This document shows positions 8,872 to 19,308 of a stretch of 64,000 nucleotides of DNA, piece after piece. How positions within the stretch are numbered: position 1 is the stretch's first letter; each line of letters begins with the position of its first letter. The stretch spans positions 128,001 through 192,000 of the forward strand of contig CAXXLZ010000002.1 in the NCBI GenBank assembly GCA_963675595.2. The letters are read 5' to 3'. The stretch comes from Thermodesulfobacteriota bacterium (GTDB lineage: Bacteria; Desulfobacterota; Desulfarculia; JACQYL01). The notes under the pieces are model-generated. The model made no database searches and was not told the DNA's origin. It saw only the letters and a list, made by a program, of their open reading frames with translations. Made by a program: the position numbers and the translations under genes.

Positions 8872-11664
8872 TTAGTCCATGCGCGACTTGCCTTCCGACT
8901 TCAATGCCGCATGCGCCGCCGCCAGCCGAGCGATGGGCACACGGGGCGCCGAGCAGGAAACGTAATTCAAGCCGATCCGGCTGCAGAACGCGATGGCCTT
9001 GGGATGGCCGGCATGCTCCCCGCAAATCCCGATAATGATATCCTTACGGACCTTGCGCCCGCTGTCCACCGCGATCTTCATCAATTTGCCCACACCGTCC
9101 TCATCCAGTACCTCAAAGGGATTGTCCCTTAGAATCAGCTGCTCACTGTAAAGCGGCAGGAATTTGTTCTCCGCGTCCTCTCGCGAAAATGAGAAGGTAG
9201 CCTGGGTCAGGTCGTTGGTGCCGAAAGAGAAAAATTCCGCCAGGCCCGCCAAGTTGTCCGCCTGCATGCAGGCCCTTACCACCTCGATCATGGTGCCGTA
9301 CTTGAAATGGACGTCAACGCCGAATTTCTTCTTTACGTCGGCGTACACCTGCTTGACGCTCTTGTGGACCATCTGCAGTTCTTCGAGGGTGCAAACCTGG
9401 GGCACCATGATCTCCGGATGGACATCCACCCCTTCTTTGGTCACCTCGGCGGCCGCCTCCAGAATGGAGCGAATCTGCATTTCGTAAATTTCAGGGTGGG
9501 ATATGCCTAAACGAACCCCCCGATGCCCGAGCATGGGGTTTACTTCCGACAGGTTCTTCACTTTCTTATACAGCTCTTCCCGTTGGGTCCAAAGTTTCTC
9601 GTTAAGCCTGTTTTCCCTGAGAGCGGTAAGCTCCTTCACCGCCGACTCAACCACCGGAAGATACTCTTCGACGGACGATCCCAACATCTTCATCGTGTTG
9701 GGCAGTTCTTCCACGGCGCCCACGGCCTGGTTGAAGGCCTTGATCTGGTTGATCTCGAAAAGAATCTCTTCCATGGTGGGCAGGAACTCGTGCAGCGGGG
9801 GATCCAAGAGCCGTACCGTGCAGGGCAGACCGTCCATGATCCGGAAAATGGATTTGAAGTCTTCGAGCTGGAAGGGAATCAGTCGTTCGATGGCTTTCAT
9901 GCGGGCTTCCTTGCTTTCCGCAAGGATCATCTCCTGCACGATGGGGAGCCGGTCTTGAGCGTTGAACATCCTTTCCGTTCGACACAAACCGATTCCACGG
10001 GCGCCATAGTCCCGAGCTTTTTTTGCCGCTTCCGGCGTATCCGCGTTGGCCCACACTCGAATCTCGGCATACTCGTCCGCCCAATCCAACAAGACAAGCA
10101 GGTCGTCCACGAATTCCGGGTCCACCAAGGGAACCTCGCCGAGATACACATGGCCTCCGGTACCGTCGATGGTGATCACGTCTCCCTCTCGAAGCACGTT
10201 GCCGTCGACCCGAAGCTCACCGATGTTCGTATCGATTTCCAGGGCCTCACACCCGGAAACACAGGGTTTGCCCATTCCTCGGGCCACCACCGCGGCGTGG
10301 GAGGTGCGCCCGCCCCTGCTGGTGAGGACTCCCTGGGCGGCGAAAAATCCGTGGATGTCGTCGGGTTTGGTCTCCTCCCTGACCAGGATGACCTTTTCGC
10401 CCATCTTGCCCAGATGTTCGGCGCGATCCGCGGTGAACACCATCTTGCCGGACGCCGCGCCCGGTGAAGCCGCGAGGCCCGACGCCACCGGGGGATCGGT
10501 GAAATCCGGGTCCACTCGTCGGTGCAGAAGCTGTTCCAGCATGTCCGGCGGGATTCGGAGGATGGCTTCTTTTTCCGAAATCAGGCCCTCGTTGACCATG
10601 TCGCTGGACGTTCGAATCAAGGCCCACGCATTCATCTTCCCGTTACGGGTCTGCAGGGAGTAGAGCTTGCCCCGCTCGATGGTAAACTCAAAATCCTGAA
10701 CTTCCCGATAATGCTTCTCCAGCGTGTGCCTCAACTCCTCGAGTTGCGGATAGACGTCGGGCATATCGATCCGCATGTCCTTGAGTTGCTTGGGCGTGCG
10801 AACACCCGCCACCACATCCTCACCTTGGGCGTTGACCAGGTATTCCCCATACAATCGGTTCTCACCCGTTCCGGGATTTCGGGTGAAGCCCACGCCCGTT
10901 GCCGAATCGTCGCCCATGTTGCCGAACACCATGGTACAGATATTCACGGCGGTGCCGTTGGCCATTTCCGGCGTGATCTTGAACTGCCTTCGGTAGTCCA
11001 CGGCCCGCTTGCCCATCCAGGAAGAAAAAACCGCTTCCACGGCGACCTTGAGCTGTTCTTTGGGATCTTGGGGGAACTCCTTGCCCGTGTGGTCCTTGAT
11101 GGTCTTCTTGAATTCGTTGACGATCTTTTTCAGACTTTCGGGTTTGAGGTCCTTATCCTGCGGCGCCTTGGCCCTCTTCTTTTCCGCCTCGAACACTGCG
11201 TCGAAATGTTCGTCGTTGACTCTCAATGCCACCTTCCCGAAGAGCTGCAGAAGTCGTCGATAGGAGTCATAGGCGAAGCGTTCGTTATCCGTCAGTTTGG
11301 CCAGCCCCACGACGGTTTCGTCGTTGAGGCCCAGGTTCAGGATCGTATCCATCATCCCGGGCATACTCATGGCGGCTCCACTTCGCACGGAAACCAACAG
11401 GGGATTTTTGGGGTCTCCCAAACCTTTGGCCGTCTTCTTCTCCAGGTCCTTCATGGACTTCTCGACCTCATCCAGGAGCCCGTCGGGTAACCGATTGTCG
11501 GCTTCGAAGTACGCAAGACAAGCTTCCGTGGTAATCACGAATCCCGGGGGAACAGGCAGTCCGATTTGGGTCATTTCGCACAGGTTTGCACCCTTGCCTC
11601 CCAGCAATTGTTTGTTCTTGCCGTCACCTTCTTCAAACGCGTATACGAATCTTTTCTTTGCCAT
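8872..11664 (-). CDS. ppdK: Pyruvate, phosphate dikinase
   Basis: LLGGKGANL, SMPGMMDTILNLG, GGRTSHAAVVARG, FSFGTNDLTQ, GICGEH. Confidence 0.97.
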   Translation of the reverse strand: MAKKRFVYAFEEGDGKNKQLLGGKGANLCEMTQIGLPVPPGFVITTEACLAYFEADNRLPDGLLDEVEKSMKDLEKKTAKGLGDPKNPLLVSVRSGAAMSMPGMMDTILNLGLNDETVVGLAKLTDNERFAYDSYRRLLQLFGKVALRVNDEHFDAVFEAEKKRAKAPQDKDLKPESLKKIVNEFKKTIKDHTGKEFPQDPKEQLKVAVEAVFSSWMGKRAVDYRRQFKITPEMANGTAVNICTMVFGNMGDDSATGVGFTRNPGTGENRLYGEYLVNAQGEDVVAGVRTPKQLKDMRIDMPDVYPQLEELRHTLEKHYREVQDFEFTIERGKLYSLQTRNGKMNAWALIRTSSDMVNEGLISEKEAILRIPPDMLEQLLHRRVDPDFTDPPVASGLAASPGAASGKMVFTADRAEHLGKMGEKVILVREETKPDDIHGFFAAQGVLTSRGGRTSHAAVVARGMGKPCVSGCEALEIDTNIGELRVDGNVLREGDVITIDGTGGHVYLGEVPLVDPEFVDDLLVLLDWADEYAEIRVWANADTPEAAKKARDYGARGIGLCRTERMFNAQDRLPIVQEMILAESKEARMKAIERLIPFQLEDFKSIFRIMDGLPCTVRLLDPPLHEFLPTMEEILFEINQIKAFNQAVGAVEELPNTMKMLGSSVEEYLPVVESAVKELTALRENRLNEKLWTQREELYKKVKNLSEVNPMLGHRGVRLGISHPEIYEMQIRSILEAAAEVTKEGVDVHPEIMVPQVCTLEELQMVHKSVKQVYADVKKKFGVDVHFKYGTMIEVVRACMQADNLAGLAEFFSFGTNDLTQATFSFSREDAENKFLPLYSEQLILRDNPFEVLDEDGVGKLMKIAVDSGRKVRKDIIIGICGEHAGHPKAIAFCSRIGLNYVSCSAPRVPIARLAAAHAALKSEGKSRMD

Positions 11665-11814
11665 GGTTTCCTCGGCCTCCTTGAAATGATCCTGTTGCCC
11701 TTGTTCCCTGCGCCGTTCTCGACGCTTTGTCCTCACGTGTCACCGCATAAAAAGAGATATCCCGTCAGTCTAACCCTTCTTCCGTCCACCTTTCAACAAA
11801 CAATAACGTCAAAG

Positions 11815-13692
11815 TCAAGCCTTGTCGCCGCTTTCGGCCGATGGACGGGCTTCCCCCTCCCTTTTCTCCATTGCCGCCTTGGTGACCGCTCGAGCCACCC
11901 GCCTGTCGGTCGCCCGCGCAAGTTCTTCCTCCGACGCCGTCCAAACCCCGTCCAGACTCCCGAAATGTGTCAGCAGCCGTGCGGCGGTTCGGGCCCCCAC
12001 TCCGGGGATATCCTCCAAGACGGATCGGAAGTCCTTCTTTTTTTTCACCTTTCTGTGAAAGGTTACGGCGAATCGGTGCGCTTCATCTCTGAGACGCTGA
12101 AATAGAGTTAGAATCTCGGAATAGTCGGGCAAGATCACGGGATTCTTGCGGTTGGGCAGAAAGAACCGTTCATGGGATTGTTCCTCTCCGCGTCCCGCGT
12201 GAATCTTCGCCATACCCACCGCATCCACATCTTCGAGCCCCAGTTCGTGGAGCACCTTCAAAGCCACGTTCAGTTGCCCTTTACCGCCGTCCACCACCAG
12301 AAGATCGGGCAGATACTCCTCCTCAATGCCGCGTTGAAACCGCCGCTTCAGCACCTCATACATCATGGCGTAATCGTCCGCACCCTCCACGGACCGAATC
12401 TTGTACCTGCGGTAGGCGTCCTTCTCGGGTTTTCCGTCCCGGAACACGACCTTGGAGCCCACCGCCTCTCGACCTTGCAGGTTCGAGATATCAAAACACT
12501 CCATGATCTTGGGCGCGCGCCTGAGATGCAGTCTTTGCCGGGCCTCCAGGAGGATTTCCTCGGACGTTCGAGTTCTCTTCTTGCGCTCCTCCCGGAACTT
12601 CTCGGCGTTGGCCTCGGCCATGAGCAGAAGCTTTCTCTTCTCTCCCCGGACCGGAACCAAAATCGAGAATTTCCCCCCTCTTCTTTCCCCCAGGACCTGC
12701 TCCAGCGCTTCCGCATCCTCCAAGGGAAAGGGCGCCAGGACTTGCTTGGGAATGAGTTTCTCCTCACCATAGAACTGCATCAGGAAGGAACTCAGGGTTT
12801 CGGAATCGGTCAGCCCCGTTCGGCGCAGCAGGAAACCTTGGGTACCCGTGAGCCTTCCGCTTCGAATGAAGAGCACCACCAGGGCCACCGGACCCGAATC
12901 CTCGCGTGACCAACCCACGACGTCCCGATCCGCAAAGTCCATGGAAATGATCTTCTGCTTCTCCAGCACCCCATCGAGATAGTGTATCTGGTCCCGAAAT
13001 CGGGCCGCCCGTTCAAATTCCAGATTTTCGGAAGCCTTCGCCATGCGAAGCTTCAAATCGTCGATGAGGGATCGGTCGCGTCCTTCCAGAAAACGTTTCA
13101 CGTCCTTTACCACGTACCGGTATTCGGCAGGATCGGTCAACTCGCCGCAGGAACAGGAACCCATCTGGAAATACAGGCAAGGCCGGCGCAGGTCTCGGTC
13201 CGGCCGACAACGCCGCAAAGGAAAGTACCTGTGGAGAAGACGCCAGGTTTCCCGCACGCCCTTGGCCGAAGTATAGGGCCCGAAATACAGCCCCTGGTCT
13301 TTTTTCACCTTGCGGACCAGCGTCAACCTGGGGAACTGCTCCTGCATGTTGAACTTCAGGTAAAGGTAATGTTTGTCGTCCCGCAGGTCCACGTTGAATC
13401 GGGGTTTGTGCTTTTTGATAAGCATGTCTTCCAGGAGAAGGGCTTCCTTTTCCGAGTCGGTGACGATGGTCTCGATGTCCCGAATCCTGGAAACCAGCAA
13501 CTTGATGCGAGGGCCGCGCCCCTGCACGTCGGAACGGAAATAGGAGCCCACCCTGGCTTTGAGATTCTTGGCTTTCCCCACATACAGGATGGTTCCGGAC
13601 GAATTCTTCATCTGATACACGCCGGGAAGCGCGGGGATGGACGCCAACCTTTCCTTGAGTTCGGACTTGATCGGTGTGGACGAATCGTTCAT
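11815..13692 (-). CDS. uvrC: Excinuclease ABC subunit C (start uncertain)
   Basis: PGVY/YVGKAKNL GIY-YIG, ECFDISNL, DGGKGQ, RDEAHRFA, HhH IPGVG. Confidence 0.95.
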   Translation of the reverse strand: MNDSSTPIKSELKERLASIPALPGVYQMKNSSGTILYVGKAKNLKARVGSYFRSDVQGRGPRIKLLVSRIRDIETIVTDSEKEALLLEDMLIKKHKPRFNVDLRDDKHYLYLKFNMQEQFPRLTLVRKVKKDQGLYFGPYTSAKGVRETWRLLHRYFPLRRCRPDRDLRRPCLYFQMGSCSCGELTDPAEYRYVVKDVKRFLEGRDRSLIDDLKLRMAKASENLEFERAARFRDQIHYLDGVLEKQKIISMDFADRDVVGWSREDSGPVALVVLFIRSGRLTGTQGFLLRRTGLTDSETLSSFLMQFYGEEKLIPKQVLAPFPLEDAEALEQVLGERRGGKFSILVPVRGEKRKLLLMAEANAEKFREERKKRTRTSEEILLEARQRLHLRRAPKIMECFDISNLQGREAVGSKVVFRDGKPEKDAYRRYKIRSVEGADDYAMMYEVLKRRFQRGIEEEYLPDLLVVDGGKGQLNVALKVLHELGLEDVDAVGMAKIHAGRGEEQSHERFFLPNRKNPVILPDYSEILTLFQRLRDEAHRFAVTFHRKVKKKKDFRSVLEDIPGVGARTAARLLTHFGSLDGVWTASEEELARATDRRVARAVTKAAMEKREGEARPSAESGDKA

Positions 13693-13935
13693 ACAGCTAA
13701 AATAATCGTTGCGGGTACGCGGTGAAAGGATTTTTTCGAGGATTGACGAGCTTGCCCTCGCTTCGGCGTCCAACGCCGTTCCCCCTTCCGGAGGACGCGA
13801 GAAGCGGAAGGAGGGTGAGGGGATCCGAGCGCCTTCCCCCCGCATGCCCCTCCCAGGAATCGGAAACGAATGAGATCATTTTACCCTTGCAGTCCTGAGG
13901 GTTCTTTTAGTATAGAAGGCTTCATTCTATTTCAA

Positions 13936-14011
13936 GGCGGCATAGCCAAGTGGCTAAGGCAGCGGTCTGCAAAACCGTTATTCACCGGTTCGAATCCGGT
14001 TGCCGCCTCCA
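13936..14011 (+). tRNA. tRNA-Cys (GCA)
   Basis: GGCGGCA/TGCCGCC acceptor stem, CTGCAAA anticodon loop, GGTTCGAATCC T-arm, encoded CCA. Confidence 0.95.
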
Positions 14012-14019
14012 GAGAAATC

Positions 14020-14058
14020 AAAGGGTTACGTCAAACGGCGTGACCCTTTAAATTTTTT
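14020..14058 (+). terminator. Intrinsic terminator after tRNA-Cys
   Basis: AAGGGTTACG...CGTGACCCTT hairpin followed by T-rich run. Confidence 0.6.
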
Positions 14059-14185
14059 GGGGTTCGGATGGATGCGGGCGGGAAGCCCTTCCGCCAAGCA
14101 GGAAGATGTTTGAAGCAGGTTAGATACCGGAAACCAACGGGTCGAGCCGGATAATAATCCAAGGTCTCGACCGGGCGCCTTCCCC

Positions 14186-15151
14186 CTACCCGACCCCGTG
14201 GAGAAAAACCTCCGGCCACAGGTGGTGACAGACGGCGATAAAACAGGGAATGGTGAGCAAGCTCGCCAGAGTGGTCAGAGAAATCACGGCCGCCGCTTCT
14301 TTCTCGAAGAACCGGTAGTTGCCCGCATAAATGAACATCGACTTGGCCGTGGGCACCGACGAAAAAATGACCAGCGCCACCGAATAAAAGGGGCTCAGTT
14401 CCAGCAACAAGGCAATCAGGATGGCAAGAGCGGGACGGATGAGCAGGTTGAACAGGGTGATCACGAAGGCCCCGGCAAGGTTGCCGGATACCTTGAAAAA
14501 GCGGAGTTCCACCCCGATGCTGAACAGGGCGCACGGAATGATGGAAGCCCCCAGGTAACGAAAAAAAGTGACAAGAAACGTGGGGAGCTTGATTTCAAAC
14601 AGGGAAAAGATCACCCCGAGTGCCGCGGATATTATAAGAGGGTTCTTGACCGTGCTCAGCAAGGCGGCCCGAACAACGGCCCGCCCCTCCGTCAAGGTTT
14701 CCTTTTTGGCGTGCAGCTCAAAGATGAACAGGATGCCGGGCACCACCAGGCAGTTGGCAATGATCACGGTCATGGCCATGGGCACCGTCGCATGCTTGCC
14801 GGCAATGCCCATGAGGACCGGAAACCCCAGCATGATGGTGTTGGCCAGCGCCGAACAAAACCCGGCAATTGCGGAAGTGTAAACATCCCTCCTGAAGAAG
14901 TACCGGAAAACCGCAAAGGCAGAGATTACCGTGACAAAGATCGAAAGCGGGTATGCGATCCAGAAACGCCAGACTAGGAGTTTTTCGATCTCGTAGGAAC
15001 TGATGGTCAGGAAGATGATGGCGGGACAGGCCGCGTAAAAGACATACTGCATCAGCCCCGCAGCCACCTTTTCGGGAATCAGATCAAAATACGCCAGAAG
15101 CCATCCGGCAATCACGATCAGGAAGATCGGCAGAACAATGTCGACCAGCAT
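14186..15151 (-). CDS. AEC (auxin efflux carrier)/malate permease family transporter
   Basis: About 10 hydrophobic segments; NTIMLGFP and KNPLIISA motifs. Confidence 0.85.
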   Translation of the reverse strand: MLVDIVLPIFLIVIAGWLLAYFDLIPEKVAAGLMQYVFYAACPAIIFLTISSYEIEKLLVWRFWIAYPLSIFVTVISAFAVFRYFFRRDVYTSAIAGFCSALANTIMLGFPVLMGIAGKHATVPMAMTVIIANCLVVPGILFIFELHAKKETLTEGRAVVRAALLSTVKNPLIISAALGVIFSLFEIKLPTFLVTFFRYLGASIIPCALFSIGVELRFFKVSGNLAGAFVITLFNLLIRPALAILIALLLELSPFYSVALVIFSSVPTAKSMFIYAGNYRFFEKEAAAVISLTTLASLLTIPCFIAVCHHLWPEVFLHGVG

Positions 15152-15168
15152 GGTCTACCTTTATTATG

Positions 15169-16257
15169 GGGACGTTGTTGACTAACGTGACAAATTCAAT
15201 CTGCAGTCATTTATTCCTTTCAAATATCCTTGAGATGGCTGAAGTCGTTACGCCTAATTGCCGTGCCGTTTCGGCCATGGTAAGGCCGAGACTTTCGACC
15301 AGTTCTTTGGCCAATTGCGCCCTTAGCCCGGGAAGCACACCCCGGCGACTTCCCCCTCTTAACGCTTCAACGGAAACTCCGCCTTTTTCGCACGCAGCAA
15401 GAATGATCTTTCCCGCCTCGATTACCCGCTCATTGATTGATATCTGTGCACTGATATTCTTATCCGCTTCAGCAAGGATACGCTCTACAAATTCATCCTG
15501 TCCTAATATACGTTCATCGCAAAGAACCTTTTCTTTGCTTTTTCGCGAAGTCAAAACCTGCGACCAACCTCCCAAGGTCCGAATCAGCCCTCCCCCTCCA
15601 AGGTCTTCCCTATGGCCTTCATCTATTCCATCCTCCAAATATCGGCGGTAAACCTTCCGGGCCGTGGGAATATCCTGAGCGAACCAGGAAAGTACATAAT
15701 CGGTATCCTGCCATTTCGCTTTCCTCTTGCCCATGATCGCGCTGTGACCGCACCAGGGATAGCGATCAAGCTCGGACATATTTTTTACTATTTTGGCCCT
15801 TAATGGGTTCAAGTGTATGTATCTAACCAACTCCTGAAAATAAACATCTTCATCGCAGATGATGGATTTGTATCTGTTTTGAAAAACATGTCCATGTCTC
15901 TTATGACGGATATTATAGGTTACGGCATATCCGGTAAGAAGCCTTCTCATGAACCGAGATAGTCCTACAAGGCCGCTCTTGACGAGGATATGGATGTGAT
16001 TCGACATCAGAACCCAGGCATAAACACTGGTTCTCGTTTCCTCGGCAAGGTCCCCAAGGCGCGAAACCATATTCTCCCGATCATATTGATCGGTTACGAT
16101 ATCTCTCTTTTCCATCCCCCGGACAATAACATGATGCAGGGTACCCGGAGCATCTAATCTGGCCTGCCTGGGCATGACATCTTACCGCCTTGGTCTCATC
16201 TATTTCACCAACTCCAAAGCGACTACCTTGTTTTGTCACGTTAGTCAACAACGTCCC
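15169..16257. mobile_element. Y1-transposase element bounded by perfect 26-bp inverted repeats
   Basis: GGGACGTTGTTGACTAACGTGACAAA at 15169-15194 and its exact reverse complement at 16232-16257; visibly more AT-rich than its flanks. Confidence 0.8.
15207..16175 (-). CDS. REP-associated tyrosine transposase (RAYT)-like HUH Y1 transposase with C-terminal HTH
   Basis: MPRQAR...HHVIVRG, LMSNHIHIL (HUH), RYIHLNPLRA, C-terminal HTH. Confidence 0.9.
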   Translation of the reverse strand: MPRQARLDAPGTLHHVIVRGMEKRDIVTDQYDRENMVSRLGDLAEETRTSVYAWVLMSNHIHILVKSGLVGLSRFMRRLLTGYAVTYNIRHKRHGHVFQNRYKSIICDEDVYFQELVRYIHLNPLRAKIVKNMSELDRYPWCGHSAIMGKRKAKWQDTDYVLSWFAQDIPTARKVYRRYLEDGIDEGHREDLGGGGLIRTLGGWSQVLTSRKSKEKVLCDERILGQDEFVERILAEADKNISAQISINERVIEAGKIILAACEKGGVSVEALRGGSRRGVLPGLRAQLAKELVESLGLTMAETARQLGVTTSAISRIFERNK

Positions 16258-16263
16258 GTAACT

Positions 16264-17016
16264 TCATTCCCGATCCAAAGGCGAAAACAGCGCACTCTCG
16301 CGCAGGCCCCACCGATGAAGGCGATACGCCGCGGACACCCTCAGGACCCCCAGGCCGTAATCCACCGACTTGGCCAATCCGATGGAGGAGGAATCCGGGG
16401 CATAGCGCGTGGGACAGGACACTTCTCCGATTCGGTAGCCGGCGTAAATCACCTGGGCGAGGATTTGATTATCGAACAGGAACCCGTTGTCGTTGTCTTC
16501 CAGGGGCAGGCGTTCCAGCACTTCCCGGGCGAATGCCCGGTAACCCGTGTGGTACTCCGACAATTTCTGGCCCACCAGCAGATTCTGGACAAACGTCAGC
16601 ACACGGTTGAAGTAGTACTTGTAGAGGGGCATGCCACCCTCAAGGGCCTGTTTTCCCAGTATGCGGGATCCGAGCACGCAATGGTACACGCCTTGGGCGA
16701 CCAGAGACGCCATGCTGGGGATCAGCGCCGGCGTATACTGATAATCCGGATGCACCATGATGATCACATCGACGCCCAAGCGCAGCGCCTCGCGGTAGCA
16801 GGTCTTCTGGTTCCCCCCATAACCGGTATTTCGCGTGTGCCGGATGGGCGTCATGCCCAGCGACCGCGCGACTTCAAAGGTACGGTCCGTGCTTTGATCG
16901 TCCACCAGCACGATCTCGTCCACAATGTCCCTGGGAATTTCCGAAAACGTTTTCGCTACCGTAGCCTGAGCGTTGTACGCCGGCATGATCACGGCGATTC
17001 GCTTACCGTGCATCAT
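16264..17016 (-). CDS. Glycosyltransferase family 2 (DPM1-like)
   Basis: PAYN, VDDQSTDRT, GYGGNQK, HPDYQY, EYHTGYRAF. Confidence 0.9.
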   Translation of the reverse strand: MMHGKRIAVIMPAYNAQATVAKTFSEIPRDIVDEIVLVDDQSTDRTFEVARSLGMTPIRHTRNTGYGGNQKTCYREALRLGVDVIIMVHPDYQYTPALIPSMASLVAQGVYHCVLGSRILGKQALEGGMPLYKYYFNRVLTFVQNLLVGQKLSEYHTGYRAFAREVLERLPLEDNDNGFLFDNQILAQVIYAGYRIGEVSCPTRYAPDSSSIGLAKSVDYGLGVLRVSAAYRLHRWGLRESALFSPLDRE

Positions 17017-17424
17017 GAGATGTCTCTCTCCCTCTATTCGGCCTCCGACGAGTCGGCGGGGAAATACGTGAGTGCGCGATAATCAAGCACTCCCCACAGT
17101 TTCCGTCGCGACTGATCATGTGTTGCAGAAGCCCCGTGAGCCGGTTCTTTGTTCCACGTCGACGTTCGGTGTTACAGCAGCCGGCGCATCCGAGGCAAAC
17201 GGGTTTCTTGTCGGCGTCTTATCGCCGATTCCATTCAATCAATTGTGTCGGGAGGCATCGTGTTTGTTGGAGGCCGGAAAACACGTTCGGCACGGCCCCG
17301 TTCTCCGTCTCGATCACAGACGGAGACAACAGGGCCGACACCCTAAACTCGAAATGAGGTTGAGGGGAGCACGCACGGCTTCCCTCAACCTTTATTGAAC
17401 GACGATTACTTCTTGATCGGGTGA

Positions 17425-17778
17425 TTAGTAGCGGGGTCGACCGCCACCGCCGCCGCCTCGTCCGCCTCCGCCGCCTCCGCCGCCTCTCGGACCGCGTCCG
17501 CCGCCACCCCCGCCGTGCCCGCCTCGCGGGGCGTCGGTACGGGGCCGCGCTTCGTTCACGTTGAGAGCCCTACCCTTGACATCCTTACCGTTCAGGCCTT
17601 CGATCGCGGACCGGGCTTCGGCGTCGGAGGGCATTTCCACGAATCCGAATCCTTTAGACTGGCCGGTGTATTTGTCCTTAATGATGGTGGCTGATTCGAC
17701 CTGTCCGAATGACTCGAATGCGTTCCGCAAATCTTCTTCGGTGGCTTGGTACGACAAATTCCCTACGTAAATGTTCAT
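17425..17778 (-). CDS. RRM RNA-binding protein with Gly-rich tail
   Basis: IYVGNL (RNP2), KGFGFVEM (RNP1); hairpin at about 17357-17392 downstream. Confidence 0.95.
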   Translation of the reverse strand: MNIYVGNLSYQATEEDLRNAFESFGQVESATIIKDKYTGQSKGFGFVEMPSDAEARSAIEGLNGKDVKGRALNVNEARPRTDAPRGGHGGGGGGRGPRGGGGGGGGRGGGGGGRPRY

Positions 17779-18151
17779 TCCGATGCCCTTTGTCCTTTTG
17801 TAATGAGTTCCGCCCTGCTACCTAACGGGTCGTCCACGCGGTCCCGATTTGGAACCGGCGGGATCCTTCTTTCCCTCGAGCCCCAAAAACGCACTGTTTC
17901 CTTCCCGAGGTTCCCGGCCCCGTTGACGCCGGGAACAGACCAAGCCGCCATCTCGAGGCGAACTTACACGATCCATAGAGGCGAGTATAAGGCTTTTGGT
18001 CACACTTGGCAATTTCTCAGAGCAAGAATTCCGTTATTTAAACGAAGAAAAGATTCTTCCCCGAACAAGCAACGGAGTCTCGAAAAATCGTGGTGAATGC
18101 CGATTCGCCCAAGCCGTGCGACACTGCGCCGCAGAGCGAACCGCTCTCTGT

Positions 18152-18607
18152 TCAGACTCGCCGGTCCCGATAGCGATCCATTTCGGCGGCCAGGGCCCTC
18201 GCCAAGTCCTCGAAACCCTGATCCTCGGCTGTTTTCACGGCTTCCTCCATCGTCGCTTTCCAGTCTTCCCCGTGGTAGCCGGAAGAGAGGGCATGTGCGG
18301 TTTCGTGGATCAACAACACCAGGAGCAACGTTCCCCGGACCCCTTCGAGAACGGCAATCGCGGCTTCTTCCCGGTTTCACGAAGCGGCGGCGCCGTACAT
18401 CCCTTCGAACCTCCGGTAGGTCCAATGATCGAGATCGGTTCGGTCCGGGAAGAATACGTCTCGAACGGTCCGGACGGCGGCCTCGAAAGCGTCCCATCCC
18501 GCCGATTCCTCCGGCACGGGGGAGTTCCCTCGGGACGACGCCGAACAAATGCTCGGTTTCGGAGTATCATCAACCCGTCCGGTTCGCCAATCCTTTGCCG
18601 CCTTCAT
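18152..18607 (-). CDS. SprT-like HEXXH zinc metalloprotease with in-frame TGA at 18377-18379 (selenocysteine candidate or nonsense pseudogene)
   Basis: Manual translation past the TGA stays open for 74 codons: ...YGAAAS*NREEAAIAV...LLIHETAHALSSGYHGEDW...RRV; ATG overlaps the upstream stop (ATGA). Confidence 0.6.
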
Positions 18608-19116
18608 TTCAACTCCCTGACCTCCAGAGGGGTTCCGTCATGAGGATCAAAGTTGTAGTCCGGGGGATAGGTGCGGCCGGTTCGGGGATTCACCTTGATG
18701 GTCCCGCCCTCGTGATCCAGGACCACCTGTTCGACTTCTCTCGCAAGGTGTTCCCCGATTTCGGTCTCGCCGGATATCTCGTCGTAATATACATAGTTGA
18801 TTCGCGCCGAATAGGAATCATAGGCATCGAAAAGAGATACGATGTATCCCTCCACTTTGAGGACGGCACCGTCCACCTTCTCCACCGTCAGCTTCTGGAA
18901 CCCCGCCGCGGCAACCTTTTTGACGACTTTCATGGGAATTTGGACGTCTTTTCCACGATAACTGCATCGTAGAACCGGTTGCAGGTTAATGAATTCCCGA
19001 ACCACGATTTTGATTCCATCGTCGGTGATGAAATAACCTCCCATGGCGCCGTAGGCCTGTGTGGCCAAGCTCAGGAAACAAACAAAGAAAAAGGATCGTT
19101 TCATCAGTCCATTCAT
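18604..19116 (-). CDS. Secreted hypothetical protein
   Basis: Signal peptide (...TQAYGA); 170-aa ORF. Confidence 0.65.
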   Translation of the reverse strand: MNGLMKRSFFFVCFLSLATQAYGAMGGYFITDDGIKIVVREFINLQPVLRCSYRGKDVQIPMKVVKKVAAAGFQKLTVEKVDGAVLKVEGYIVSLFDAYDSYSARINYVYYDEISGETEIGEHLAREVEQVVLDHEGGTIKVNPRTGRTYPPDYNFDPHDGTPLEVRELK

Positions 19117-19308
19117 GATCGGGCTCCAGTCTCTCGGCCGTCCGGGGGTTCAAATACCGCAACACGCCAACCCCGGCCACGCCCTCTTTCACATAGATCG
19201 TTCCTTCCGGGCTGCTCCGCTCAAATCTTCAATCCGGTGATCCACGTAAACTCTTCTCGACGGCGTTTCGTCATTAAATAGAAAAAGCCCCCAAAAGGAG
19301 GTTGCGCC

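Noticed and set aside
14012-17400. Integrative island at tRNA-Cys
   Set aside because: No integrase and no duplicated tRNA 3' end were seen.
17440-17530. GCC/CCG microsatellite
   Set aside because: It encodes the Gly-rich tail of the RRM protein.
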